From: Bdellovibrionales bacterium
GTDB taxonomy: Bacteria; Bdellovibrionota; Bdellovibrionia; Bdellovibrionales; UBA1609
Reading direction: 5' to 3'
NCBI GenBank assembly: GCA_965261545.1
Contig: CBDHDF010000007.1
Coordinates: 160,001 to 224,000 of the forward strand
Length of the DNA: 64,000 bases
The notes beneath the pieces are model-generated. The model ran no database searches. It saw only the letters and a program-made list of their open reading frames with translations, and had not been told where the DNA came from. Position 1 is the first letter of the stretch. Each line of letters starts with the position of its first letter. This document shows, in pieces, positions 30,414 to 40,447 of this stretch. The position numbers and the translations under genes are program-made.

Positions 30414-30681
30414 TCGAAAACCTGGCAAGAATTTCATACTCAACACAGGTCTTTCGTCTTGAAATCTAGCCATAAATCTAGACATAACTGAGGAGATTTC
30501 AGGAGATTTCGGATGGGCCCAAACTTCTTGGCCCTTTGGAGAGGTCATGCTGGAGGTATGGATATTACCTTGACATATTCTTATGCGACATCAAACATAT
30601 ATTTATATATTGATCATATGATTTAATTTAATTTAATTTAATTTTTAATCCATTCAAGGAAACACTAAAGGAGAAAAAGAC

Positions 30682-31149
30682 ATGAAATTCGTTTTTCGTA
30701 CTCATACAGCCAATACAGTCAATGCCACCAAGACAATTTATGAAATCATGATAAAGCCGTTACTTATTATTATGAGCTTGTGTCTTACCATGCTTCTTAC
30801 CAAGCCTTTACAGGCGGCGAATGGTGCCATTGCTGTTCAAATGCAGGGTTGGGGATTTTATGTTGGGGCGAGGTGCTACACAGAAAACGGTGCAGATCAT
30901 GTGGGATCATGGAAACGTCTCAGTGTTGGGTTGACCCACAGGTGCTCCACTGCATCCACAGACTCCCAGCCCAGTTATATGAAAATCCAGCGTGTCAATT
31001 TATGGGGTCGAGATAGAGGGAGTGTTTGGAGAGTTTATCGACCAGATGATTGTAACCATAAAAAAGATTTTTGTATCTATGTGAGGGGGGGGAGTCTTGG
31101 TAAATCAAGGTATGAGACCAATTGTAACGGATATTTAAAATGTTATTAG
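30682..31149 (+). CDS. Small secreted Cys-rich hypothetical protein
   Basis: AAGGAG RBS, signal peptide ending LQA-A, six Cys in the mature part. Confidence 0.65.
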   Translation: MKFVFRTHTANTVNATKTIYEIMIKPLLIIMSLCLTMLLTKPLQAANGAIAVQMQGWGFYVGARCYTENGADHVGSWKRLSVGLTHRCSTASTDSQPSYMKIQRVNLWGRDRGSVWRVYRPDDCNHKKDFCIYVRGGSLGKSRYETNCNGYLKCY

Positions 31150-31152
31150 CCC

Positions 31153-33219
31153 TCATGTTGAATGGAGAAGCTCCTGAAATTCCTCCCAGCGGATAATGGG
31201 AACTCCAAGGCTTTCAGCCTTGTTAAGCTTGGACCCTACAGAATTTCCAGCGAGGAGGTAATCAACTTTCTCGCTGATGGAGGACTTGATTTGTCCTCCA
31301 TGGAGGGTGATAAGGTCTTTGATGTCGTTTCTTGCCATGTGAAAAGTTCCTGTGATGACAAAACTAAGGTCTTGGAGAGGGGCTGTGGCGTATTGATGAG
31401 CCTTTGTATATTGGATTTGTACTCCGGCATCTTGAAGTTTTTGGAGTTCCTTGAGGGAGTTGGAGTGGGCAAAGTACTGTCGAAGAGAGGAAGCCGCTTT
31501 GGGTCCAATATCGTAAATACTGAGGAGCTCTTCTTCTGTGGTTGAGGATAGACTTTCGATATCTTTGAAGTGACGACTAAGGGAGCGGGCAGTTTGTTCA
31601 CCCACAAAGCGAATGCCAAGAGCATAGATAAACTTATCAAATTGAGGCCGCCGACTGTCGCTGACACTTTTTATCAAGTTGTTCACAGATTTTTTGCCCT
31701 GTCTTTCTAAATTGAGAATACTTTCACTTTTGCTATCTAGGAGGTAGATATCGCTGTAGGTTTTGATGAGTCCATGGTCCACAAATTGTTCGATAAGTTT
31801 ATTTCCAAGTCGATCTATATTCATTGCTTTTTTGGATACAAAGTGTTTTAAGGATTCTTTGATAATCGCCGGACACAATGGATTGTGACACCTTAAAATC
31901 GCCTCATTATCTCGACTTTTAAGGGGGCTATGGCAGGAGGGGCACTTTGGGGGGAAGGCAAAGGCGAGAGAGTTTTCTTTTCTTTTTTCTTTCACCACAG
32001 AGACAATTTCAGGGATGACATCTCCAGCCCTTTGAATAATCACTGTGTCTCCTTTTCGAATATCTTTTTTTTTAATTTCATCTTGGTTGTGAAGTGTGGC
32101 GTGGGTGATAGTAACACCTCCAACCTTTACTGGCTCCATGGTGGCCAAAGGAGTGATAGCTCCGGTGCGTCCGACTTGTATGGTAATTTCTTGAATCACG
32201 GTTTGGGCCTGTTCAGGTTGAAATTTCACCGCTGAGGCCCAGCGAGGACTTCGGCTAATGGTGCCCAATTGATTTTGAAGTGAAAGGGAGTTGACCTTAA
32301 TGACTAGTCCATCGATATTGTAATCGAGCTTGGAGCGAATGGAATCAATAAAGTGGTAGTGTTCTATGGCTTCTTCAATGTGGCGACACTTTTTAATGAG
32401 CGGTTTTTTGCCAAATTTCTCATGGATCAATGTGGGGAGACCTTTTTGATCCATTTGTTGAAGAAATTCTTCTTGGGTGGTGAAGGAGAGGTCTTTGAAT
32501 TCGCCAAAAGAGTGACTGAACATCTTAAGTGGTCTTGCAGCTACCACCTGGGGATCGAGTTGTCGTATGGTTCCTGCGGCGGCATTTCTCGGGTTGGCAA
32601 AGGTATGCTGGCCTGTTTCTTCCTGGTCTTTGTTGAGTTTTTCAAAATCGGCCTTGGAGATGATGATCTCTCCACGGACTTCCAAGAGAATTGGTGTTTT
32701 TTTGTCTTTTAATTGCAGTGGAATAGAGGGAATGGTTTTTACATTAGATGTCACCAATTCTCCCATCAAGCCGTCTCCTCGGGTGAGGGCATGGACTAAA
32801 ATTCCATTCTCATAAACAAGCTCAATAGCGAGCCCATCCAGCTTGGGTTCGCAAATGTATTCCATCGAGAAGGGGGAATTCTTTAAAAATTTCTTGAGTC
32901 GCTTATCAAAAGCAGAGATATCTTCAGAAGAGTAGCTATTTTGTAGAGATAGCATGGGTTGACGGTGGGCTTTTTTTTCAAAGGCTTCAAGGGGAGCATC
33001 CCCCACGCGGTGGCTGGGGGAATCTTTTGTGACCCATGCCGGGTATTTTTTTTCCAACTGAAGGAGTTCATTAAATAACTGGTCGTAATCGTAATCAGAT
33101 ATTTGGGGTTGATCGAGTTGATAATAATTGTAATTGTGCTTGGATAACTGTACCTTGACTTGTTGAAGTCGCCGCTTATCTTTATTTGTTGTATCTTTCA
33201 CTTTGATGGCCTCACTCAC
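31153..33219 (-). CDS. ligA: NAD-dependent DNA ligase
   Basis: EPKLDG, TRGDG, FANPRNAAAG, QVGRTG, zinc finger, BRCT. Confidence 0.98.
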   Translation of the reverse strand: MSEAIKVKDTTNKDKRRLQQVKVQLSKHNYNYYQLDQPQISDYDYDQLFNELLQLEKKYPAWVTKDSPSHRVGDAPLEAFEKKAHRQPMLSLQNSYSSEDISAFDKRLKKFLKNSPFSMEYICEPKLDGLAIELVYENGILVHALTRGDGLMGELVTSNVKTIPSIPLQLKDKKTPILLEVRGEIIISKADFEKLNKDQEETGQHTFANPRNAAAGTIRQLDPQVVAARPLKMFSHSFGEFKDLSFTTQEEFLQQMDQKGLPTLIHEKFGKKPLIKKCRHIEEAIEHYHFIDSIRSKLDYNIDGLVIKVNSLSLQNQLGTISRSPRWASAVKFQPEQAQTVIQEITIQVGRTGAITPLATMEPVKVGGVTITHATLHNQDEIKKKDIRKGDTVIIQRAGDVIPEIVSVVKEKRKENSLAFAFPPKCPSCHSPLKSRDNEAILRCHNPLCPAIIKESLKHFVSKKAMNIDRLGNKLIEQFVDHGLIKTYSDIYLLDSKSESILNLERQGKKSVNNLIKSVSDSRRPQFDKFIYALGIRFVGEQTARSLSRHFKDIESLSSTTEEELLSIYDIGPKAASSLRQYFAHSNSLKELQKLQDAGVQIQYTKAHQYATAPLQDLSFVITGTFHMARNDIKDLITLHGGQIKSSISEKVDYLLAGNSVGSKLNKAESLGVPIIRWEEFQELLHST

Positions 33220-33353
33220 CTAGCGAAGTAAGAACGCCCATGACCCAGGAAATGAACACAGCCCATGGAAGTAAATTATAATTCCTGGGGGTGAACATCT
33301 TCATGGAAGTGATTCATGATTCCATGAAGATGTATGACCCCACGAAGTGAAGA

Positions 33354-34352
33354 TCAGAAATTTTCATTAAAACTCACATTGCCGGGGATGCCCACTTGGT
33401 AGGCTGAAACTCGTCGCTCAAAGAAATTGGCAAGTTCTTGGGTATCCTGAAGTTCCATAAATGAGAAGGGGTTTTTCTTTTTATATTGAGCCGGAATGTT
33501 CAATCTCTCTAGGCGTTGGTCAGCAACAAATTCAAGATAATTCCTCATATCCTTCATACTCAAGCCAGCCAAACCGGGTTTTAAGAATTCACTAGCAAAT
33601 CTTATTTCGCACTCAATGGCCTCGTCCATCATAACAATCACCATATCTTTCATAGGCTGATCAAAAAGCTTAGGATCTTCTTGAGTGGCAATTTCAAAGA
33701 CTTTAAAGGCAAAGTCAATATGGGCACTTTCATCTCGAAAAACCCAGTTTGTTCCGCTGGCGAGCCCATTGAGCAGGCCCTTCGAACGCAAATAGTACAC
33801 ATAGGCAAAGGCGGCAAAGAAGAAAAGTCCTTCAATGCAGCCTGCAAAGCAAAGGAGATTCATTAAGAATCTTTTTCGATCCTGGGTCGATTCGAGCCTA
33901 TCCATGTCTTTGATGGAATCCATCCATTTAAAGCTAAAATCAGCTTTGGCTTTGATGGACTCAATATTATGAATGGCAGCAAAGGCCCACTCCCTCTCTT
34001 TCATATCTGAAATGTATGTATCTAAGAGCGTCAAATAAAATTGCACATGCAGGGCTTCTTCGTAGAGTTGGCGAGAAAGATACAGTCTAGCCTCAGGGGC
34101 ATTAACATGCTTATAGAGATTGAGAACTAAATTGTTGCCGACAATGGAGTCTCCAGTGGCAAAAAAAGCGACAAGGCGATGGATGAGAAAAGTTTCATTT
34201 TTATTGAGTTTTGAATGGAGGTCTACAATATCTGAACTGAAGTCAATTTCGTCCACGGTCCATGTATTTTTAATTCCATTTTTATACATTTCAAAAAATT
34301 CAGGATACTTCATTGGTCTGAGTGTTAAATTGAAACCTGGATCTAAAAGCAC
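33354..34352 (-). CDS. nrdB: Ribonucleotide reductase class I beta subunit
   Basis: FFATGD, EEALHVQFY, EGLFFF, RDESAH, NFFERRV. Confidence 0.95.
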   Translation of the reverse strand: MLLDPGFNLTLRPMKYPEFFEMYKNGIKNTWTVDEIDFSSDIVDLHSKLNKNETFLIHRLVAFFATGDSIVGNNLVLNLYKHVNAPEARLYLSRQLYEEALHVQFYLTLLDTYISDMKEREWAFAAIHNIESIKAKADFSFKWMDSIKDMDRLESTQDRKRFLMNLLCFAGCIEGLFFFAAFAYVYYLRSKGLLNGLASGTNWVFRDESAHIDFAFKVFEIATQEDPKLFDQPMKDMVIVMMDEAIECEIRFASEFLKPGLAGLSMKDMRNYLEFVADQRLERLNIPAQYKKKNPFSFMELQDTQELANFFERRVSAYQVGIPGNVSFNENF

Positions 34353-34440
34353 TCTACCTCCTTTTATAATTTGTTTAAAATTATAATTTATCTAAATCAA
34401 ATGATCTCACACTTTTTCTATTTTCTCAATCACAGATACC

Positions 34441-36951
34441 CTATTGACACGCCTCACAGGATTCTGGGTTTTCCAGCGAACAAGCAATATCTTGCTGAAA
34501 AGACGACGAGTCAGAAGTTTTTTCCTGAGGTTCAGACTGTGGACCGTTGGGGGTTGTGGTTGTTATCTGTGAGATTTTCGTTGCAGGTCGCGACCGTAGA
34601 TAATAAGTGGTTTTAAGTCCCTTTTGCCATGCATGCATGTACATACTTGAGAGTTTTCCAATGGTGGGATTTTCTATGAATAAATTGAGACTTTGGCTTT
34701 GGTCAATAAAAGCTCCGCGATTGGCAGCCATATCGATGAGGGATCGTTGGGAAATCTCCCACACAGTACGAAACACATTGCGAACGTCCTCAGGAATTTC
34801 AGCAATTTCTTGAATGGACCCCTCGTGGGTTTTTATTTTTTGACGCATTTCTGCATTCCATAGCTCCAACCTTTTGAGTGTTGCCACCAAGTACTTATTG
34901 ATTTGAATAAATTCACCAGACAATGTTTCGCGTTTAAAAAGGTTAGACACTTGGGGCTCTATGGCTTCGTAAACACCTGCCACCGACGCAATGGTGGCTG
35001 TGGGAGCAATGGCAATCATGAGGGAGTTGCGCAAACCATGTTTCATAATCTGCTGACGAAGGTTCTCCCAAGGAGCGAGGTTTTTGGGTTGGATGCCCCA
35101 GCTATCAAATTGAAGTTCTCCTTTGGCGGCACGAGTTTCATAAAATGCATCATGAGGGCCATATTGTTGAGCAAGTTGGCAAGAGGCTTTGAGAGCGTGA
35201 AAGTAAATGGTTTCAGAAACTTTTTGAGAGAGAGCACGGGCCTCTTCGGAGTCAAAGGGATAACTCAACTTAAAGAAAACATCTTGGAGTCCCATGAGTC
35301 CTAGGCCCACAGGTCTCCAGCGACGATTGGAACTCTGGGCTGTTGGAATGGGATAAAAGTTGATATCCACAACACGATCTAAATATTTCATAGCCACTTC
35401 AGTGGTTTCACCAAGTTTGGTGTAGTCTATTTTTCCGTTGATCACATGGTTGGACAGGTTCACAGAACCAAGGTTGCAAACAGCGGTTTCTCCCTCCGAA
35501 GTGACTTCGAGAATCTCTGTGCATAGGTTGGAGAGGTGAATCATATTTTGAGGTTGTCCCGTTTGATTGGATTTCTGGTTGCTTGCATCTTTAAATGTGA
35601 CCCAGCCATTACCTGTTTGAGCCAATGTTTTCATCATGTGGCCGTAGAGATCGCGAGCTCGCACTTGTTTAATAAAAAGTTTTTCTTCTTCAGCTTTACA
35701 GTAGGCTTTTTCAAACTCCTCTCCGAATATTTCAAGAAAATGAGGTACAACTTTGGGGTCAAAAAGGGACCACATTTCATCGCCTTGAACTCGTTTCATG
35801 AAGAGATCGGGAATCCAGTTGGCCAAGTTCAAATTGTGGGTTCTTTGAGATTCACCCCCTGTATTGTCACGAAGTTGTAAGAACTCCTCTATGTCTCCAT
35901 GCCAACTCTCTAAATAAATGCATGCAGCTCCCTTGCGACGTCCTCCTTGATTCACCGCTTGAACGGAGGAGTCTAGGGTTTTTAACCAAGGGATCAGCCC
36001 ATTGGAGTGTCCATTGGTTCCTTGAATGAGAGAGCCACGGGATCGGACCCTTGAGAAGGAAACTCCAATACCTCCTGCGAATTTAGAGAGGAGAGCAATG
36101 TCGGTGTACTTTTTATAAATAGACTCCAAGTTATCTTGGGGCGAGTCCAGCAAATAACAGGAAGACAGTTGAGGCCTTTGAGTGGCTGAGTTGAATAAGG
36201 TGGGAGAGCTTGTCATATAGTCGAGACTTGAAAGAAGTTCGTAGAGTTCTCTTGCTTCTTCAAAACTCTGGGCGAGGCCACAGGCCACACGTAGGAAAAA
36301 ATGTTGGGTGGATTCAATAACCTTTCGTGAATGGGGGTCCTTTAAAAGGTAACGATCGTAAAGAGTACGGAGACCAAAGTACTCAAACTTTCTTGTGTGA
36401 CCCTCATCCACAATAATATTGAGGGCTTCTTTGTGTTCACGTACAAAGTTATATTTTTCTTCGGAGATAATATCTTTTTTAAAGCCATATTTCACAGAGT
36501 CATAAAAATTTCTAATGTTCTGAGTGGCGACTTCCTCATCAATAAAACGAGCGAGGAGGCGTGCCGACAGCTTGGAGTAGGAAGGCTCTTCACCAATGAG
36601 AAGAGAGGCTGTTTGAATACAGAGCTTGTCGAGTTCTGCCGTTGTGGCTCCATCGTAGAGTCCACTGATCACTTTTGTAGCGACCCTCATGGGATCGACA
36701 TCCTTGAGTCCTCCCGAGCAAGCGATGACCACATTGACAATTTTATTCACATTGACGGGCTGGAGTTCACCATTGCGCTTGCATACGCGCATGATCTTGG
36801 GGCCATCTTCTTCGTTTTCTTCATCTTCTAAAGATGTGTTGATTCGTCCTTTGTCTTCCACGGCATCTGTGGATGAAATGGCTTTGGGCTTCTCCTGGTG
36901 GGAGTGCTTGGAATAACTTGGTTCATTTTTCGAAATGGGTTCTTGATTCAT
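34441..36951 (-). CDS. nrdA: Ribonucleotide reductase class I alpha subunit with ATP cone
   Basis: SPTLFN, LSSCY, SNLCTEI, CNLGS, APTAT, KTTYY, C-terminal CEACQ. Confidence 0.97.
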   Translation of the reverse strand: MNQEPISKNEPSYSKHSHQEKPKAISSTDAVEDKGRINTSLEDEENEEDGPKIMRVCKRNGELQPVNVNKIVNVVIACSGGLKDVDPMRVATKVISGLYDGATTAELDKLCIQTASLLIGEEPSYSKLSARLLARFIDEEVATQNIRNFYDSVKYGFKKDIISEEKYNFVREHKEALNIIVDEGHTRKFEYFGLRTLYDRYLLKDPHSRKVIESTQHFFLRVACGLAQSFEEARELYELLSSLDYMTSSPTLFNSATQRPQLSSCYLLDSPQDNLESIYKKYTDIALLSKFAGGIGVSFSRVRSRGSLIQGTNGHSNGLIPWLKTLDSSVQAVNQGGRRKGAACIYLESWHGDIEEFLQLRDNTGGESQRTHNLNLANWIPDLFMKRVQGDEMWSLFDPKVVPHFLEIFGEEFEKAYCKAEEEKLFIKQVRARDLYGHMMKTLAQTGNGWVTFKDASNQKSNQTGQPQNMIHLSNLCTEILEVTSEGETAVCNLGSVNLSNHVINGKIDYTKLGETTEVAMKYLDRVVDINFYPIPTAQSSNRRWRPVGLGLMGLQDVFFKLSYPFDSEEARALSQKVSETIYFHALKASCQLAQQYGPHDAFYETRAAKGELQFDSWGIQPKNLAPWENLRQQIMKHGLRNSLMIAIAPTATIASVAGVYEAIEPQVSNLFKRETLSGEFIQINKYLVATLKRLELWNAEMRQKIKTHEGSIQEIAEIPEDVRNVFRTVWEISQRSLIDMAANRGAFIDQSQSLNLFIENPTIGKLSSMYMHAWQKGLKTTYYLRSRPATKISQITTTTPNGPQSEPQEKTSDSSSFQQDIACSLENPESCEACQ

Positions 36952-37179
36952 GGTCCCTCCCTATGTGTCTGAGGATTAGAATAAGGACGGGAGTAGGATG
37001 TCGTCTAGATTTTTTTTGGATTTTATTTTTTTAATACTTTGCAATAGCTGTTATGGAGTTGTGGAGGCTCTGTTGACGAGCTTCGTAGAAGGCTCTGCAG
37101 TCTCATTTCAAATATTCTTCAAGTCTCCGTGGCAAGGAGCTTTCAATGCACATTTCCACGCATTCTTGACAAGCTGCTT

Positions 37180-37920
37180 TCAAGGATGGCTTTGGGAGTA
37201 GTTATGCAGTGCAATACTAGCTGCGGACACAGCGTTAAGAGAATCGATGCCCGGCGCCATAGAAATGGCAATTTTTGTGGCGTGGAGGTGGGGAGGGAGC
37301 CCTTGCCCTTCTTCCCCCATGAGCAAGCGGAGATTTCGTGGCCATTTCCAGCTTTCTATTTTCTTTCCTTGGCAACTTAAGGCGATGACGTCAAAGTCCA
37401 GGCGATTTATAGGGGGCCCCTTTTCAAGAGGGATATGGAAAATGGATCCACTGGAACTGCGAATAGTTTTAGGGTGAAAAGGGTGGGCGGCTTCTTCCAG
37501 TAGAATGAGTTTACGGGCTTTAAATGCATGGCAGCACCGAGCCAAAGCTCCTACATTTTGAGGGTCCCCAAGGCCACAGACAACTTCGAGGCCCACAGGG
37601 GGGCATTGAGTTGAAAAGTGTTTTATTTCTGGCACTTTGGCTATGAGCAAAGGAGCTTGAGTGCCAAAGATATCCAGTTTGTTAAACAGGTTTTGAGGCA
37701 GAGCGTAGTGAGGAATCAGTGAATTCCCAACGAGGTGCATTATTTCTTTGGAGAAGATGAATTCCACGGCAAGGTGGGGACGCTTGTTGATAAGCTCGCG
37801 CACAACCTTGGGTCCACTAACAAGGCACTGGGAGTGCTTTTGAATGCCTCTTCGACTTTGGAGGCTCACCCAGCGTTTGTAGTGGCGATTTTGGGAGCTT
37901 TGAACTTGTTTTATTTGCAC
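37180..37920 (-). CDS. TrmH/SpoU-family RNA methyltransferase
   Basis: DPQNVGALAR, GEEGQGL, SLNAVSAASI. Confidence 0.9.
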   Translation of the reverse strand: MQIKQVQSSQNRHYKRWVSLQSRRGIQKHSQCLVSGPKVVRELINKRPHLAVEFIFSKEIMHLVGNSLIPHYALPQNLFNKLDIFGTQAPLLIAKVPEIKHFSTQCPPVGLEVVCGLGDPQNVGALARCCHAFKARKLILLEEAAHPFHPKTIRSSSGSIFHIPLEKGPPINRLDFDVIALSCQGKKIESWKWPRNLRLLMGEEGQGLPPHLHATKIAISMAPGIDSLNAVSAASIALHNYSQSHP

Positions 37921-38020
37921 TTTCCCTCGCTTACAAACTTTTTCCTCGTTTACAAACTTTTGCCTACAGTCTCTTGCCTATAAAAAGAGGTTGAACCATT
38001 ACTAAACCTTATTATATACA

Positions 38021-39361
38021 TTGTACATGTCACCTCAAGCTCCTATGACACTAGAAGACCGGGGGGTCTATATTTCCACCTATGGTTGCCAAATGAATGT
38101 CAACGATACGGAGAGGATGTATACCCTTCTTGAAATGTCCAACTATGTCCCCGTGAGTTCTCCTGACCAGGCCAGTGTTATCATTATTAATTCTTGTAGT
38201 ATTCGTGAAAAACCCGTTCACAAGGTCCACTCAGAGGTGGGGCGCTATAAGAAATTGAAAAAGCAAAAACCCCACTTAAAAATTGGAGTGGGAGGCTGTG
38301 TGGCTCAACAAGAAAAAAAGCGTCTTCTCAAAGACATTCCCATGATTGACTTTGTCTTTGGCACCGATACCATTGATGATTTGCCGACTCTCTTAAGAAA
38401 GTTGCATCATTCAGATGAGAGGATTGTATCCGCACGCTTTGACTATCAAAACCCCTATCAAGTGGAGACCTTGGTGAGAAACCCCGGAGTTTCAGCCTTT
38501 GTGAACATTACCAAGGGTTGTGATAATTTTTGTACTTTTTGCGTGGTTCCTTTCACTCGGGGGCGGGAGCGTAGCCGTGCTTTGAGTGAGGTTGTCCAAG
38601 ACATTCACCAGTTGGTGGCCAGGGGAGTGAAAGAGGTGACCTTGTTGGGGCAAAATGTCAATTCCTACCAATCCTCCTGTGGTGCTCCTTTTGCCGAGCT
38701 ATTGCGCTCTCTCGCCTTAGAAACGGGCATTGAGCGCATTCGCTATACCACCAGCCACCCCAAGGATTTTGATCTTCTCTTGATGGAAACCATGCAGTCT
38801 TATAGAGAAAAGATTTGCGAGTATATTCATCTTCCCGTTCAGTCGGGTAATTCAGAAGTTTTAGAGCGGATGAATCGAGGTTACACTCGTGAAGAGTATA
38901 TACATAAAGCCCACCTTATTTTAGAAAAGATTTCAGGAGCCACTCTTTCCACAGATATTATTGTTGGTTTTCCCGGTGAGACGGAGGAGCAATTTCAGGA
39001 TACCATGACCCTTATGGATGTGGTTCCCTACGAAAGCATTTATGCCTTTAAATACAGTCCCCGACCCTTGACAAAGGCTGCCAGGTATCAAGAACAGGTT
39101 CCCGAAACTGTAAAGTCAGATCGCTTAAATCGCTTATTTGAAAAACATCGTCAAATAGGTCTCAAGCTATGCCAAAAATATGTGGGCATGGAGTTGGATG
39201 TTCTTGTGGAGAGTTATGATTGTGATTTAAAGCGTATCCATGGGCGCTCCACCCAAAATAAAGTGGTTCACGCCAAGGGCCATGGGGAGATGGTGGGCAC
39301 AACAGTCAAAGTTAAGGTCTTGGAAGCTTTTCCTCAAACATTGAGAGGGGTGATTTTGTGA
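38021..39361 (+). CDS. miaB: tRNA methylthiotransferase MiaB
   Basis: TYGCQMNVND, NSCSIRE, CDNFCTFC, YTTSHP, TRAM domain. Confidence 0.96.
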   Translation: MYMSPQAPMTLEDRGVYISTYGCQMNVNDTERMYTLLEMSNYVPVSSPDQASVIIINSCSIREKPVHKVHSEVGRYKKLKKQKPHLKIGVGGCVAQQEKKRLLKDIPMIDFVFGTDTIDDLPTLLRKLHHSDERIVSARFDYQNPYQVETLVRNPGVSAFVNITKGCDNFCTFCVVPFTRGRERSRALSEVVQDIHQLVARGVKEVTLLGQNVNSYQSSCGAPFAELLRSLALETGIERIRYTTSHPKDFDLLLMETMQSYREKICEYIHLPVQSGNSEVLERMNRGYTREEYIHKAHLILEKISGATLSTDIIVGFPGETEEQFQDTMTLMDVVPYESIYAFKYSPRPLTKAARYQEQVPETVKSDRLNRLFEKHRQIGLKLCQKYVGMELDVLVESYDCDLKRIHGRSTQNKVVHAKGHGEMVGTTVKVKVLEAFPQTLRGVIL

Positions 39362-39891
39362 GAGATGATTTTGCGATGAAACATACGGAGGAAGAGGGAG
39401 GGGAGGAAGAAAAGTGGCTGGAGCTTTTTCCCTACGGAGTCACTTTTGATTCCGATGGTTTTGCATCTCCAGAGCGTCCTGTGATGTTTTTTAGAGATAA
39501 AGAAGAAACTCATACTTTGCCTGTTTGGTTGAGTCCTTTGGATGCTGGAATTCTTCTCTGTCAGCAAGATAAAAGATCCATTTCGAAAAATCCCCATAAC
39601 CTGTCTTTAAAACTTATCAAGTCCTTGGGTATTGATTTAGAAAGATGTGTTTTTGTGGATATCAAGGGACATCATCAATATGTAGACCTTCACTTTGCGG
39701 GAGCCAGTCAGTTAACCAAAGTAAGAAGTCGTGCCGATGAGGCCATTTCCTTTTGTTTGAGTGCGAATGTGAAGTTTTACTGTCAACTATCTTTTATTGA
39801 GCGTTGCCGTGTTATAGATGCTCAACTGCTTCATCAAGCACCTTTTGTAGACTCCAAATATGGAGGAGTACGTCCCACTTACTTTAATTGA
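39358..39891 (+). CDS. Bifunctional nuclease (DUF151)-like protein
   Basis: LPVWLS...PH.L, RADEAISF pattern; adjacent to miaB. Confidence 0.7.
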   Translation: MRDDFAMKHTEEEGGEEEKWLELFPYGVTFDSDGFASPERPVMFFRDKEETHTLPVWLSPLDAGILLCQQDKRSISKNPHNLSLKLIKSLGIDLERCVFVDIKGHHQYVDLHFAGASQLTKVRSRADEAISFCLSANVKFYCQLSFIERCRVIDAQLLHQAPFVDSKYGGVRPTYFN

Positions 39892-40447
39892 GGAGTATGT
39901 CATAATAGAGTCCGTGAAAGAAAAAACTCCCCAGCAGGGTGAAGGATGTTTTATAGCTCCCTCCGCCGATGTCATTGGTGATGTGGTGGTAGGGGCTCAT
40001 TCCTCCATTTGGCATCGCTGCGTTTTGAGAGGGGATGTCATGCCCATAAGAATTGGGGAAATGTCCAATGTACAAGATGGGTCCATCCTCCACGGCTCCT
40101 TTGGAGCCCATGGAGTGACTGTTGGGAGCAGAGTTTCTGTGGGGCATGGAGTGATTCTCCACGGCTGCTGTATTCACAATGAGTGTCTTATTGGCATGGG
40201 AAGTATTCTCATGGATGGGTGCGAGGTGGGAGAGCTTAGTTTGGTGGGGGCAGGTTCTTTATTGACGGAGAACTCTAAGTTTGAGGGCGGACAACTTATT
40301 CTAGGTCGCCCCGCCAAAGTGATGCGACCTTTGACAGAAAAGGAAAAGGCTGTTGTGAGTGGAAGAGCGGATGAGTACAAGGTTTATATGGGTTGGTACC
40401 AAGGAAGAGATGAGGAGGTAGTGAATTCAGGAGGACTTCATGGGTAA
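39860..40447 (+). CDS. Gamma carbonic anhydrase-like hexapeptide protein
   Basis: VIGDV, LRGD, NVQDGSILH, VGHGVILHGC. Confidence 0.9.
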   Translation: MEEYVPLTLIEEYVIIESVKEKTPQQGEGCFIAPSADVIGDVVVGAHSSIWHRCVLRGDVMPIRIGEMSNVQDGSILHGSFGAHGVTVGSRVSVGHGVILHGCCIHNECLIGMGSILMDGCEVGELSLVGAGSLLTENSKFEGGQLILGRPAKVMRPLTEKEKAVVSGRADEYKVYMGWYQGRDEEVVNSGGLHG

